Origin: Eledone cirrhosa
Lineage: Eukaryota
Assembly (NCBI GenBank): GCA_964016885.1
Contig: OZ024742.1
Location: forward strand, 149,110,001-149,174,000
Direction: 5' to 3'
DNA: 64,000 bases
A program made the position numbers and the translations under genes. Under the pieces are notes generated by a model, which was not told the origin of the DNA, ran no database searches, and saw only the letters and a list, made by a program, of their open reading frames with translations. Below are positions 47,937-60,971 of the stretch, one piece after another. Each line of letters starts with the position of its first letter. Positions within the stretch are counted from its first letter, which is position 1.

Positions 47937-50900
47937 GTAGTGTAATTCTATTGGATTCTCTAGTACGATAGAACCATATTTCAAACGTGGATAGTTTCTG
48001 AACTGTTTAATAACATGCTTCAATCCAACCTCACCATTCTTTAACTTTCATTTACCTTCTTTACATACCTAGTTTTGTTCTTAGATTCCCCTCTTTCTGC
48101 AAATATATCTTCAGCCAGTTTGAAATATTGTTTGTATTTGAACTGATTATTTATTTAACTTAAGTGGAAGGAAAATGTATAATAGTTGCATCAATTGTTG
48201 TAAATACTTAATTGCAAATTCTATCTCTCTCTTCCATAAGTAGCTTTGTATGTTATGTTTGTATACACCTATCGTTAATGTCCTCATATATTCTATCAAG
48301 TTTCATTGTTTTTAAGTTTTGTGAAAACGAAGTAGAATATTTATATATCGATAGAGCAGATATATAGGCCATATTTACACAGCAAATTAAAATCACAATT
48401 TGATTTCCTGATATAGCATACTATAATGTATTATAACAACGATGGAGTCTATGTGGTCACACAACTTGGTAGAAATTGTAGCCAAATCTACCTCGAATTA
48501 CATTCCACCCTCTTAAACAGAGAGGATGCATTGAGTTATACAGTCTCGTGGTAGATGGGCATGTCTGGCTTGATTAAGGATAGTCCAAGGCTAAACAACT
48601 ATTTGGTGACTAGAGTAGTTAGGCAAAGATTAATTTTCATTTAAATTTACATACTCAATCACCTGAGCGATATAATGTTCTTATTTTCAGTATATATTAA
48701 TTATAGGTGCCTAGAAAAGTCATGAACACAGTTTGAGAAGTGGGGGTGGTTATACATTTGTAATTGTTTCTTTACATAAAACTGATCTTGTTTATTGTTT
48801 ACTAGTGAATAGAATAATTCTTAATATTTCGTATAATTTCGGCTCACGCATTTAAAACAACACTTTGTACGTTAATGAAAATACAAGGGAATCTATTTTG
48901 TAATTCATTAAATATTTCATTTTACAGTGTGCTTTCTATTTTTTTTATTTCCCGTAATCACATTGATTTGCGAAGCCGAAGTTTCGTATAAAAAATAAAC
49001 ACTATATTACAAAAGGAAAATATTCATTAATTTATATGTGGTTAATTACGGGAGGAACGTGACTGTTAACAACAGGTTGCATTTCTAAGTATTCAGAGTT
49101 TATTGCCCGAAACTCTGTATTTATAAATTTCGAAAGGTTAATTACGCTCTCTATGTATTTAGTTGCTTATGTCCTGTGTGCGTGATCTCGCGAACTAGGC
49201 ACTAATAAACCGGCATAATTCCACAAGTGGTTCTCCGTATTTATGTGTAATTAGTGACTGCAGATGAAATAAAAATCAAATATCTAATTTTATGTTTGAC
49301 CACTTGTTGGAGAAAGAAATGCAAGTTCTGACGTAAATGTTTTTCATTATAATCGTAGAGAGATTTGAGATCCTGAGCAAATCGCAGAATATTTTATTGG
49401 ACACATCATATATTATTTGGATTGAAGCAAGCCCCTGCTGAAATAGGCACAACGTAGTTTTGTCACTAATTGCATTGCCTAAATCCTGAGCTTCAATACC
49501 TGAGTCTCTGGCTAGATAGGAAAGCTGCGACCTCATTGGCTTCTGACAGATGTTAGTTTTCAAATCCCATCCTCCTCTTTCGCACAATATCAGAGATACG
49601 AGGGAGGCCATCGTATATTTCTCTAAGATTCTTAGATAACTAATTTTTCAAGTAAGACGATAAAATCTGCTGCTGGTATTTGTAGAGACCACTTTGTATT
49701 ACATTGTCTAAGTTCATTCAGTTACCAAGAATGGCTATCAAAATCAACTGGACATATTACAGGTGTTCTCAAATGTGTAATTCCCTATGTGTATATGTAT
49801 ATGTGGGTAATGTTTGAAACAATATCAACCATGTTATACATGCGTCACTTTGTCTGTCAAATAAAAACAATAGAAATGGCCTAATAAAAACCTTTCTGCA
49901 AAGATATGTATGATGTCCCCGTGTAGGCCAGCATATGAGGTTTGGGATATGGAATATTAGGATGATGACAGGTAGATCATGAGAAGTGGTAAAAGCACCG
50001 AATAGAACAAGAATGGACATATGTTGTGTGCAGGAGACAAGATAGAAGGGAAGTGGTATGAGAATGGTGGGGGTGATGACAAGTACAAGTTTATGTGCAA
50101 AAGTGTTGGGTAGGTGTGCATGGTGTTGGCATCTTGATTTTGTAGAATTTATAGACATTTTGATAAATGTGAATAGTTGATGATGAAATTGGGGATTGAG
50201 AAATTCTTGGTAAACATTATCTCAGGATATGTCCTGCAGACAGGTCTGATGATTGAAGACGAAGACAAGTTTTAGTGTGCAAAAGAGATGATGATTGAAA
50301 ACATGAAAGATGAGGAAGTTATTGATTTGAATGAACATCATCATTTAACATTTTTTCCCCTAAGTTTGCATAGGTTATATGGGCTGCCACATATTGAAGT
50401 TAGTCAGGGCAAGTGGGGGAAATTGGAAGTGGAGCGACATTGGTTAGACAAAGAAGGGGGAATTGGGAGTATACTGGCAGGCAGGGACCTAGATGTTCCA
50501 CCTCTCTGCTTCAGGTTTAAGGTGGAGAAGGGAAGGCAGGAACACATTTTCAAGTAGGGACCATCTTCATGCTTGTTTTATGCATTGGAAGGTAAGTCTT
50601 CTCCAGTATGGCATGTTGCCAGTCTCGGAGCAAATACAGATGGTTTTGGAGAAGTCGATTGGGGCTTCAGGTATGATGTGAAATGATTTTGGAGTTTGCC
50701 AGTGGAGCTGATGTGTGAATCTGTAACATCCAATTATGGAAAGAAGAAAATACATTTGTTACATACACATCAGCTGGATCAACATTAACTGTATACTACC
50801 TGATGGTGCATAGGCAAAATAGGAGGAACCTTTGTAATGCAATAGTAATGCCAGGGGAGAAAGTTGTTACACGGCACCATGTAGGATGAAAGATGGGATG

Positions 50901-51425
50901 AGAGCTCAGCAGTGGAAGTATCAATAAAAGTTGAAGGTTCAATGGTTGAAAGAGGTGACAGTGAAAGAGGCTCCAAGTGAGAAGGTGACATGGTTTAACT
51001 TGAAAGTGTTTCAAAGTCTGCAGAAGATGGTTTGTTAGGAGTCATTGGTGATGTGTATGGATGGAGAAAGGGACCACCAAGGCACCTTGAAACATAGTGT
51101 TGGGTAGAGGATTAATGAGAAGTGGAAAAGGTTTAGAGAGGTGATGAGTGTGATAGAAGATACTACACTTGAAAGTTACAAGGTTACAATGAAAGAATAG
51201 CAAAGGTCTAGATGGCATGTGGGGAAAATATTTGGAGAATTTACAGATTCAGAGCAGGATCAAAGAGAGACATGATAGAGCTAGAGTAAATTGTCATGGA
51301 CCCAGATGGAATTATGGGAAGGTGGAAGAGATATATGGAAAGATTGGTGAATGTGGAGAATGAATAAGATAGCAGCACTGAGAGCAGTCTAGTTCTCAGA
51401 CTGGCAGAAAAGAGAAAAAACAATA

Positions 51426-52006
51426 TTAACTATAATAAAGGAGTGCGGGACTGCGTCCAGAATATATTTTTTTACCCGTTTGTAAAATAAGTTGGATTAC
51501 TTTGAATAAAATAATCCAACTTATTTTACAAACGGGTAAAAAAATATATTCTGGACGCAGTCCCGCACTCCTTTATTATAGTTAAATAATGAATAAAATA
51601 ATGAATGAATATTACATAATCTATGTGCTAAATTTCGTGGCTGTTGATTATAAATATATTTTATAGCTTATTTAAAGATTCACCTCTTTAACATTTTCAA
51701 ATGTCAACACTTCCGGTTAACGGCCGTTATATTATAACACTTATAAAAATATTGCATATATTTTCGTCGCTAATTTTCTCCTAATGCAGTTTATATATAA
51801 TATTGTCTTTTTTTAAATGTAGCATGGATTACTTTACTAATTACATAAGACAGTGAAACATAGACTTCGTTCAATTTCTGTGTATATTGTCAATTACGAT
51901 TTTATTTGATGTATCATATCTACATGCATATATATTTGTGTATAATATCAATATACACACTACACATGCTAGCAGAAAACCACCCGAAGGGTGGTTTTTC
52001 TGCTAG
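51426..52006 (+). mobile_element. Non-autonomous Helitron-like element with a 5' foldback
   Basis: 3' end CTAGCAGAAAACCACCC-GAA-GGGTGGTTTTTCTGCTAG|T; 5' end has perfect 74-bp inverted arms; interrupts the RTE relic. Confidence 0.65.
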
Positions 52007-52456
52007 TAACAATAAGAGTAGAAAAGCTGGAGGGCTGACAGATGTAAGAGTTATGTTAAAGGGCCTCATGAAGTTGGGCTTTGAAGAAAATAACAGATCT
52101 GAAACTTAGAGGTAAAGGAAGATTGAAATCCAGTGTGTTGGGAGTTGAGTATTCTCATATAAGACAAAAGGTGACCCTGTAAACTAGCTCATAAGAGGCT
52201 ATTAAGTTATTGGATCATGGAATGAATGTAATGAAAAGAGTTCAGAGAATAGGATAAAGAGGAAAGTGAAGATTGATGAAATGCAGTTTGGATTTATGCT
52301 GAGAAGAGGAATGACAGCAATTATTGCAAGGCAGTTAGTTACAGGAGAATTACAAGGACAAGAAAAAAAGTTGTTTCTTTAGTTTGTTGATTTGGAGAAC
52401 GTTTTTGATAGGGTTCTATGTAAAGTGGTGACATGGGCAGTAAGGAACTTAATAAT

Positions 52457-52640
52457 TGTTTCTACTTTAGGCACAAGGCCAGCAATTACCCAGTGCATTA
52501 CTGGTACTTTATTTTATCGACCCCGTAAGGATGAAAGGCAAAGTCAACCTCGGCGGGATTTGAACTCAGATCGTAAAGGGACGTAACTGTGCTGCAAAGC
52601 ATGGCGTCCGACCCTCCACCGATACTGCCAATCCACCGCC
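52457..52640 (-). mobile_element. Full-length young tRNA-derived SINE with TSD
   Basis: TSD TAAGGAACTTAATAAT at 52441-52456 and 52646-52661. Confidence 0.92.
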
Positions 52641-53628
52641 CTTATTAAGGAACTTAATAATGGTTGTTTAGAGTAGTGATGACAATGAATGAGAGAATGT
52701 ACAGTTGTAAGTACGAAGGAGAGGAGCAGTGATAAGTTTGAAAAGAAGGGTGGAGTGCATCAAGGGTCAGTGTTAAGCCCACTACTATTTGTAGTTAGAT
52801 GAAGTTACTGGTCTGATGTATAAAGGGGTTATCTTGGGAGTTGCTGTATGCAGATGATCTGGTGTCAATAATAAAGGGTATGAATGGACAGAAGAATGTG
52901 TGGAGGTTATAGGTGACTATTGGAAAGACGATGATGGCAAGTAATAAAGCATCGCTTATCATTATCATCATTGTTATCATTTAGTATCTGCTTTCCCTGT
53001 TAGCAAGGGTTGCACAGGTCTTCACAGGTTGAGTCAGTAGTCAAGTGGGATGCCTGACCTCTCAGATGGGCTGGGAGTCTGCATCTTGACTACATACAAT
53101 CCTGCACTCTACTGAGTGCATTTTATCATTGCACCATCACTAGGGATGTTCTGTCTTTGACACAGCTGAAGGGTCCTCCAGATCTGTTGTTTGGCAGGTT
53201 TTCTATTGCTGGATGCCTTTCTTATCCTTATGTTTGTAGCCATAAAGAAAAATGCTGTTTTTCCTGTCAGTCATTTGAGCACTACAATTCTATTCCTATT
53301 TCACGTGTAACAATTCTTATCTATTATTATTTTCATTCTCACTGAGGACAAGTGTAACCTTATCATTTTAGACATATTTCTTATGGCTTCCTGATTAAAT
53401 CTGAAGTTTTTTCTTGCAATTCTATCTATTTTCTCATTGCTGAAATCAGTTTACAGTATGATTTTAAAAAGTATTTTTAATATAATCATTTATTATTGTA
53501 TATGATTTTCTTTGCAAAGAAAATGGCAAAAGGAGAATTTGGACTAAAAATTTTTAAATATTTGTTTTGTATAATATTACTTTAATATTGTTAATTTCCT
53601 TTTTTTTAAATTTGTTTCTTGTTTACAG

Positions 53629-54687
53629 ATCAGGTTGATGAAGAAGAAATGGAAATTGATGAAGATGCAGAAGATACTGTTGCAAATGGTGGCACAAAAT
53701 CAGATCAAATCACACAGGAACTATCAGAGGAAGGAAAAAAACATAAATTACCAGAGAAAAGTGACACTGATAGTGTCATTAGTAATGATGAAAATAAAGG
53801 GGATGATGACAGAGATGTAACAAGTACAGATATTGAAATTCCTGAAGAAAAGACAACTATCAAAAAGAAAGAAGAAATAAAAACAGACTCTGATGATGAT
53901 GCTGATGTTTGTTCTTCACCTGATATATCTAAGGAAGCCGATACAAACAAAAGTGAGCAAATGCAAGAAACTGTAAAGGATTTGGAAGGCAAGAAACGAA
54001 GAGAGAGCAATCTAAAGTCAGCTGAAGATTTGGAAATCTCAGAACAAAAGAAACCACGTATTCTTGATGACCAAAAAACTGAAGATTTGAAAATGAGTGA
54101 TGGTGAAGAAGAGACAGAGGAGGTGGAGGCTTTTGAAAGCCTTAAAGACTTAGATGCTGATGATGATAACGATAACGATGATGATGATGTTGATGACGAT
54201 AACAAAGAAACAGTAGAGAAAGCAATTAATAAAAAATTACAAAAGTCTGAGAGTGATGAAGATGATGTGGAAAATTCTATGGAAGTTGATGAACCAAGCC
54301 CTGCTGGAATAATAAATGATGAGAATAGCTGTAAAAGTTTGGAAGAAGATAAAGTAACTATTCAAGAAGAGGTTAAAAAAGTAAAAGTAGAGGCTACAAG
54401 AGTGAAGGAGGAGGAGGTTACAAAAGTGAAGGAAGAGGTGAAAGGAGTGAAGGAAGAGAAAAATGGTATTAAAGAAGAAGTAGATATGAGTCATTTTAAA
54501 AAACAGTTTAAAGAAGATGTTAAAGATATAAAACTTGTGAATGGTATTAAGAAATCAGAAACTATCTACAAACTAAGTTTTGATGTTGAAAAATTTATTT
54601 CAAATCAAATTTCCATGATGGACCTTGATCAGACAAATTTTAAAAATCTTCTCAATAATATGAACTGTCAGTTGAAAGCCACTGAAA
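53629..54687 (+). CDS. SETDB1: SETDB1-like large acidic N-terminal exon
   Basis: Polypyrimidine tract plus CAG acceptor; 1059-nt open D/E/K-rich frame; A|GTAAGT donor; phase 1 to phase 1. Confidence 0.85.
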
Positions 54688-55377
54688 GTAAGTCGGTTTT
54701 TTTTTCTGTTGATACCTGTTTCAAATCCTCAGATAATCTATAGTTAATATAAATATTGCAAGGTTTAATATAACTAAAAACTGGAATTGAAACCTGGAAA
54801 GATTGATTGATCCCCCTCATTCTTCCAGCAATTGATAAAACGGAGAGCATATAGATAGAAGAAACTAGATTTTGTATAGCAAGTTAAGATAATTCATTTG
54901 ACACTGCACTATGTTTGACTAGTGAAGGCACATGACTTAAAGGTTAGGGTGCTGGGCTCATGTTTATAAGATTCTTGGACCAGTGTGTCTTGGGCATTTT
55001 AAACTTGGCGGAGCCAATCCCCTCTCCAAGTTTGAACACAGCTGATTTCTTCCATCGAAAGAGAGAAAATGATAGAGAGGAAGTGAGAAAGAAATACTGA
55101 TGAAGAATCGATTCCAGTACTGAACTGGTACTGTTTTTATCGATTTCATAAGGATGAAAGGCATAATTGACCTCGGTGGGATTTGAACTCAGACTGTCAG
55201 GTGCAGAAACAAATACTGCAAAACTCTAAAGACGCTGCCAATTTTTCACCTAATCATTTATACATATTAATTATTCTTCTGTTTCAAAAATGTTAGGCCT
55301 CCTTTTTTCATTTCCCCGAAGAATTCTTTTGCTATAACAACAGTAGCAACAACAAATAATATTTACTTTCATTTCAG

Positions 55378-55465
55378 GAAAACAGAGAGAAATTAGCAAA
55401 ACATTTGGAGATTCCAATCAGCTCTTAGCTAAATTTCGTGCTACACTGGAAGCAACTGAAGCCAT
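55378..55465 (+). CDS. SETDB1: SETDB1-like exon (KQREISKTFGDSNQLLAKFRATLEATEA)
   Basis: TTTCAG acceptor, GTAAGT donor, phase 1 to 2. Confidence 0.8.
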
Positions 55466-55730
55466 GTAAGTACTGTCTTTTGATCCTTTTGATACCAACC
55501 TAGCCAAAAAAAAAACACCTATTAAGTTACTATCTTAGTAATGAAATAATAATTTTAGTTAATCCCTCAAAATTCTTCATTAATTAATTGAATAGTGTAT
55601 TTCATTAGAAGTATGCACATAAAAGGGTTAATGTATTTAAAATTCTGGCATGCATAAAGAGCAATAACCAAATTGATGAACTTTGGAAAGCATGAAAATA
55701 GCTACCCCATTTCTCCTCTATACATCTTGT

Positions 55731-56343
55731 ATCATCATCATCATCATCATCACCGTTTTACGTCCGTTCTTCCACGCTAGCATGGGTTAGACGGGTTGTC
55801 CTGTTGTGGGCAGTGTCTGGTCGGCTGACCATGCCTTGCTCATACAGGAACTGATCTGGCTTGATTTCTACAGCTGGATGCCCTTCCTAACACCAACCTC
55901 ATTTACAGTGAGTGCTGGGTGCTTTTTCGTGGCGCCTACACGTCCACTTTACAGTGTGGGCTGGGTGCTTTTTTGCCGTGGCACCTCCACGACCACCTTG
56001 CGGTGGGGGGGGGGGGGCATATTGTTTATATGCTTCAGCATGTACCCATGGGAGGTCGGGTACCCTGTATTACTGCGTGACGCCAGAAGTCACGGTCGTG
56101 TGTCATTGACTTTGAGAGGTGTAGTTGGGTAAGGTCGGCTTTTATCACCTCATCCCAAGTCATCTTGGGTCTCCCCACTCCGCGGTTTCCATCAACTTCT
56201 AGTGCTCTGCACCTTTTTATGCAGCTGTCATCCTTCATACGCATCACATGTCCATACCAGCGTAACCGCCTCTCCTGCACGCAGCATTTGATTCCTCTTA
56301 TGCTCAGTCTCTCTCTCAATTCATTTATGCTTTGTATCTTCAT
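55731..56343 (-). mobile_element. RTE LINE 3' fragment (intronic, antisense)
   Basis: RRLRWYGHVMRMKDD..GRPKMTW; (CAT)n tail. Confidence 0.9.
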
Positions 56344-57924
56344 TTGAAATCAATACATTTTAGGTTCTTCAAATTTTATTCATAATTGGTCACTTAATGT
56401 TTCTTTCATTTCTAATCATACAATAATCATTACCTATCAGATGAAATCTTATTGTATCTCTCATAACTATTATACAGCTATTTCATTCTTGGTGATAGGA
56501 AGGGCCTCCAGCCATAAAAAAAATGTCAAACAAAGGGTTGGGAGGATTCTTTAGCTGTTTCAGTGACATGATAACTTCCCTAGTGTTGGTGCCATGATAA
56601 AATGAACTTGGAATAGTGCAAGATTGTATGCTGGGCTCCTGACCCACATGGAGATCAGTGGCTCGGCTTGAATACTACTGACCGGTCTTTGACAATATGT
56701 TCAGCTCTTGCTAGCTGGGAAAATGGCCATTAAATGATGATCTTTTCTCCTACTCACTTCACTGTTATTGATTGAGTCAGTGAGAGACTCTATGTTGTTG
56801 CTTGATCTGCTGGAAAAGCAGCCAAATCTCCTCAGATTACACCCTACTGTTTTAAAAAAAGACTTTGGATTGTGTTGATGGTAATAGAATGCATTTGTTC
56901 ATGAGTCTGCTTCATCTTGGTTGATTCTAGGGACAAACAACTTCTATTATCAGTTGAGCCATTCAAGGAGCTTCTGCCTCAAATCACATCCAGGTCTTCT
57001 GGATCATAATTGATCTAGGGCTAAACAACAATAAAAAAATATTGTCAATGCCTTCCATCTATCTTTCTTTATACCTATAGTATATCACTAGAGTGAAATC
57101 TATTACTATAGTGTGTATCTGGTTTAGAATAAGTACACTATATCCCTGTGTGTTGTAAGAAGCAACTAGAAGAGTTAGTGTCATGAAGGACTCTAAAACG
57201 TTGCCTCAAAATGTCTTGTCCAGCCTATGCCAGCATGGAAATGTTGATGTAAACATGATGATGATATCTCTCTGTTCTTCTTCCTCTCTATTATATTTCT
57301 TCTTTCTTTTAATAATATCATCTACTCTTCTTCTGCTGTAGATATGCAATGGCTGATTAGATAAAGTTGTTAAACTGTTAGCTAGAGAATTGTGAGTTTA
57401 TATCTGCTACAGGTAGTCACTGACTAGGGTACTTCATCTCATATCGTTGTGGAAAATACTTACACAATCTAGTATTGCTATGTCATTATATTATTGCATG
57501 TCACTTGAGGGTGGTGGATTGGCAGAATCAGTAGAGTACTGGACAAAATACTTTGCAGTATTTAGTCGTGACTTTCTATGTTCTGAGTTCCAGAGTCGAA
57601 TAAATAAAGTACCAGTCAAGAACTGAGATTGATATAATCAACTTTCCCCTTTGCTGGAGTTATGTCTAAATCAGAAATCATTATTACATGTCACTTAGCA
57701 AAATATATTTCTTTATTTACTTCAGTAACAAAGCTAGTTGACAAAAGCTATCTCTGTCACTTCATAATTGAATTGGTGATGTGATTACATTTGTAAAATT
57801 ACTTGCTTTGTAATTTTATACAAATGCATGGGACCTGTGACAATGGTGGATGAGGGGCTTGTTTCTTTCTTTTTATTTACATTTTCTTTTCACTTTATAT
57901 ATATATATATATATACATACATAT

Positions 57925-58020
57925 ACAGGGTGTCCCAAAAAATGTATACACACATCAACAGCATTCTAATAAATATTGCCTGTACAGGTAATCAAAGTGT
58001 GTATACATGTTTTTGGGACG
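57925..58020. mobile_element. Tc1-type MITE (copy of 13431-13528)
   Basis: CAGGGTGTCCCAAAAAATGTATACAC...GTGTATACATGTTTTTGGGAC. Confidence 0.65.
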
Positions 58021-58265
58021 TTGTGTGTGTGTGTATGTTTTATTAAATTTTTTTCCCCCATTCATTCCTCTTCTCACTCCCTATCTTTCTATTTCATCTT
58101 TTATTTCTTATTCTATCTTCTGATGAAGGACTAGTGTCTGGAGCATTAAGACGTTTTTCCTATTATTTCAACTGTTAATATATTTCTGCATTGTATTGTA
58201 TTGTTTGCTTTGTTATTTCTGTTATATATGGTAATATTGTATCATTACTATTTCATTGTTTAAAG

Positions 58266-58388
58266 AGAATCTGAGCATAAATTAAGTGGTAATGTTGAAA
58301 CGGTGGAAATCAGTGATGATGATGAAGTTGAATTCATTGAAACAACATTTGAACCTGACCTTGTTGCCAACCGATCACAGTCCACAAC
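58266..58388 (+). CDS. SETDB1: SETDB1-like exon (ESEHKLSGNVETVEISDDDEVEFIETTFEPDLVANRSQST)
   Basis: AAG acceptor, GTAAGT donor, phase 2 to 2. Confidence 0.78.
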
Positions 58389-58909
58389 GTAAGTTTATTG
58401 ATTACATACTGGTTACATATTGATTACCATGTGTTGCTGTCTGGAAATTTCTCCTTAATTCATAATATTTGAAGACAAGATGGCATAGAATTATCATAAT
58501 CACATACATGACAACCTCCAGTGCTGGTACCATGAAAAGTGTTCTCAGCGCTCCTTCTAAAGTGGTTCGCATACAAAGGGCTGAAAGGACTCTTCAGTTG
58601 TGTTAAGTATACAATAGTGCTGTAACCATGATAAAATTCATCCAGTATATTCTGTAAAGTGTAGAAATGTATATAAACAAGATGCAGCCCCTGGCTTATC
58701 TGAATGGTCAGTTGTTTCTAATTTAGTACAAACTTGATCTGTGATGTCTCATCCAACTCTTGCTAGCAGGGAAAATGGAATGTTAAATAATGATAAATAA
58801 TGATGATGATGACATACACACATGTAACCTTACATTTATATGTTTTTTACACACACCTCACACAGCAAATATTATACTTTTCTTGTAATGGTTTTGATAT
58901 TTTTCACAG

Positions 58910-58988
58910 TAACTCTTCCAATTCTTCAAACATGGACTCACTGAGAGCAGCACTAACAGAAGCATTGAATAAACAGATGCCTTCTCAG
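58910..58988 (+). CDS. SETDB1: SETDB1-like exon (NSSNSSNMDSLRAALTEALNKQMPSQ)
   Basis: TTTTCACAG acceptor, CAG|GTATGT donor, phase 2 to 0. Confidence 0.8.
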
Positions 58989-60924
58989 GTATGTTTGACT
59001 TGAAATTTTTCTTCTACATCAGACTGTCAATAGGTTCGATACTTCAGACTAGAACACGAAACACCTCTTGTAATAATATTCTTCAGTGAAATGTTGTAAT
59101 CATATAGTTTTAGATATATGTTGTCAAAATAAAACTGTTACTACCAAACCACTTGAAACTACTTCTGATTCTATGATCTAAAACTATTTGCTTTAAAGGG
59201 TTTGTATGTATCTAAAAACCTTCCTCTATGAAAATCTTTGTTAAAACATCAGCTTAATAATGAGAAATTTAGTTATATTACTAAATTTTTCCAAAAACTT
59301 CATTATTTTTCAAATTATTTGAAAATCATTAGCCGTGTCTTTCTTTCATTAGAAATATGATAACTAAAGGGTTAAGATTAAAGTCATTTTTTACAAGCTT
59401 CTGTTTATTTGGTTAATGGTTTGTTGTGGAAGTGCAACTTTCATCTTGATTTAGTCATACTATAGCCCCTTCTCAGGTGGTATAAATAGCAAAGTAGACA
59501 ACTAAAAATGTGGATTGACATGATCAAGTTGGATTTAGAGCTAATGTCTGTCCTTGCCATAGGAACTGTGACTGGCCAAACATCTGTGTGTTGGCTGGCT
59601 GGGATCACTGTGCATAGGTGGCCTCCATTTGTGATACTGTGGATTCACTGGTAGGAGTTGGCTCAACCCCTTCTGTGTAAATGCTGATACTAGTACAAGT
59701 AAGATGTGAAAATAAACCCTCATAGATAAACTGCAGAGCCTTAAGCTGTTTGAAACGAAGATTCAACCAACTGGTTTTATCTTTCATTAAAGATTCATCA
59801 TGGATTATTTACTTCTGCCTTATATAATATGTGTATCCAGTTTAGAATAAATATACCATATCAATGTGTGTCATAAGAAACTACTAAAAGGGTTAGTGTT
59901 AGGAAGGGCATCTGGCTTTATAACATTGTCTTAAAACTCCTTCTATATATTGAATCCCATTCAATCCAGAATTGGATTCATTCTATTAAAGAATATGAAG
60001 ATCATGGAGGTTTTATAAATTTATTATACTGTTTAAAAAAAACAGGCATAAGTAAGAAAATAAAGAATAAAAGTGATGTTTTTTTTCTGTTTTTTTAATC
60101 CATTCTTCAATATTTGCATAGATAGAATGGATTTTGCTGGAGCTATATTTTTATAGGTGGGTGCATGTTCAACTAACAATCAACCTCACACTTGTGAAGT
60201 GTGTGTGGAACATGTTAGTCAGGGAAACCTTGCTCAAGGGTACAACACATTGTAGTGTGGTTTAAATTTATAATTTTCTTCTACATCAGTCTATCAATAG
60301 GTTTGATACTTCAGATTTGAACATGCAGCACCTTGTGTAATAATATTCTTTTGTGAAATGTTGCAGTCATATAGTTTATTATTTGATTGTGAATACAAGC
60401 AGCCGAAATAGGATTTCTCCGAAGGGTCTATGGTGTAACATTACTTGATAGTGTATAGATCAGAGAGTCACTTCAGATAGAACCACTACTTCTTTGAATT
60501 GAGAGATCACATCTCCGATACTATGGGCATGTGGTTAGAATGTCTCAAGAAAGAATTGCTGGATTTTATGGGCAAAACCAACCGATAGGAGACCGAGGGG
60601 TAGACCCTGAGCAAGATGGTTGGATGACATCCATGAGCTTGACTGGTCTTGTTTGGGGATCTGGTGGGATCAGTTGGAAACTGTTGCTTCTGACAGGAAT
60701 AAGTGGGTGAAGAAGATGTGGTTAGAAGTCTAACATCAGAATTTCTCAAATATACGTCATATCTTTACATTCATAGAATGTTACACTTTATTTAATGATA
60801 AATTTCTGAATAACAGTAATTAATAGTTTAATTTAATTAGTAGATAACTCATTAAATGTTTAATAATGTTGAATTTTAATGTTTTGCTTGTTTTCATTGA
60901 GTATTTTTTTCATATTTTTGCCAG

Positions 60925-60971
60925 GTTAATCAATCTTTACATAAACCATTTTCTGAGGAGGACCGTAAACT
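60925..60971 (+). CDS. SETDB1: SETDB1-like short exon (VNQSLHKPFSEEDRK)
   Basis: TTTTTGCCAG acceptor, GTGAGT donor, phase 0 to 2; needed to keep the frame. Confidence 0.75.

Larger units (their letters stand above)
49880..52950 (+). mobile_element. Old, decayed RTE-clade LINE in the SETDB1 first intron, with nested insertions
   Basis: Remnants of EMQFGFM, FVDLENVFD, GVHQGSVLSPLLF and LLYADDL. Confidence 0.7.

Noticed and set aside
49276-49611. 111-aa - strand ORF as an antisense gene
   Set aside because: LSYLARDSGIEAQDLGNAISDK resembles the C-terminus of an RTE-type LINE ORF2; more likely a relic
53705-54494. Ser-rich and Phe/Leu-rich - strand ORFs
   Set aside because: Antisense shadows of the acidic SETDB1 exon
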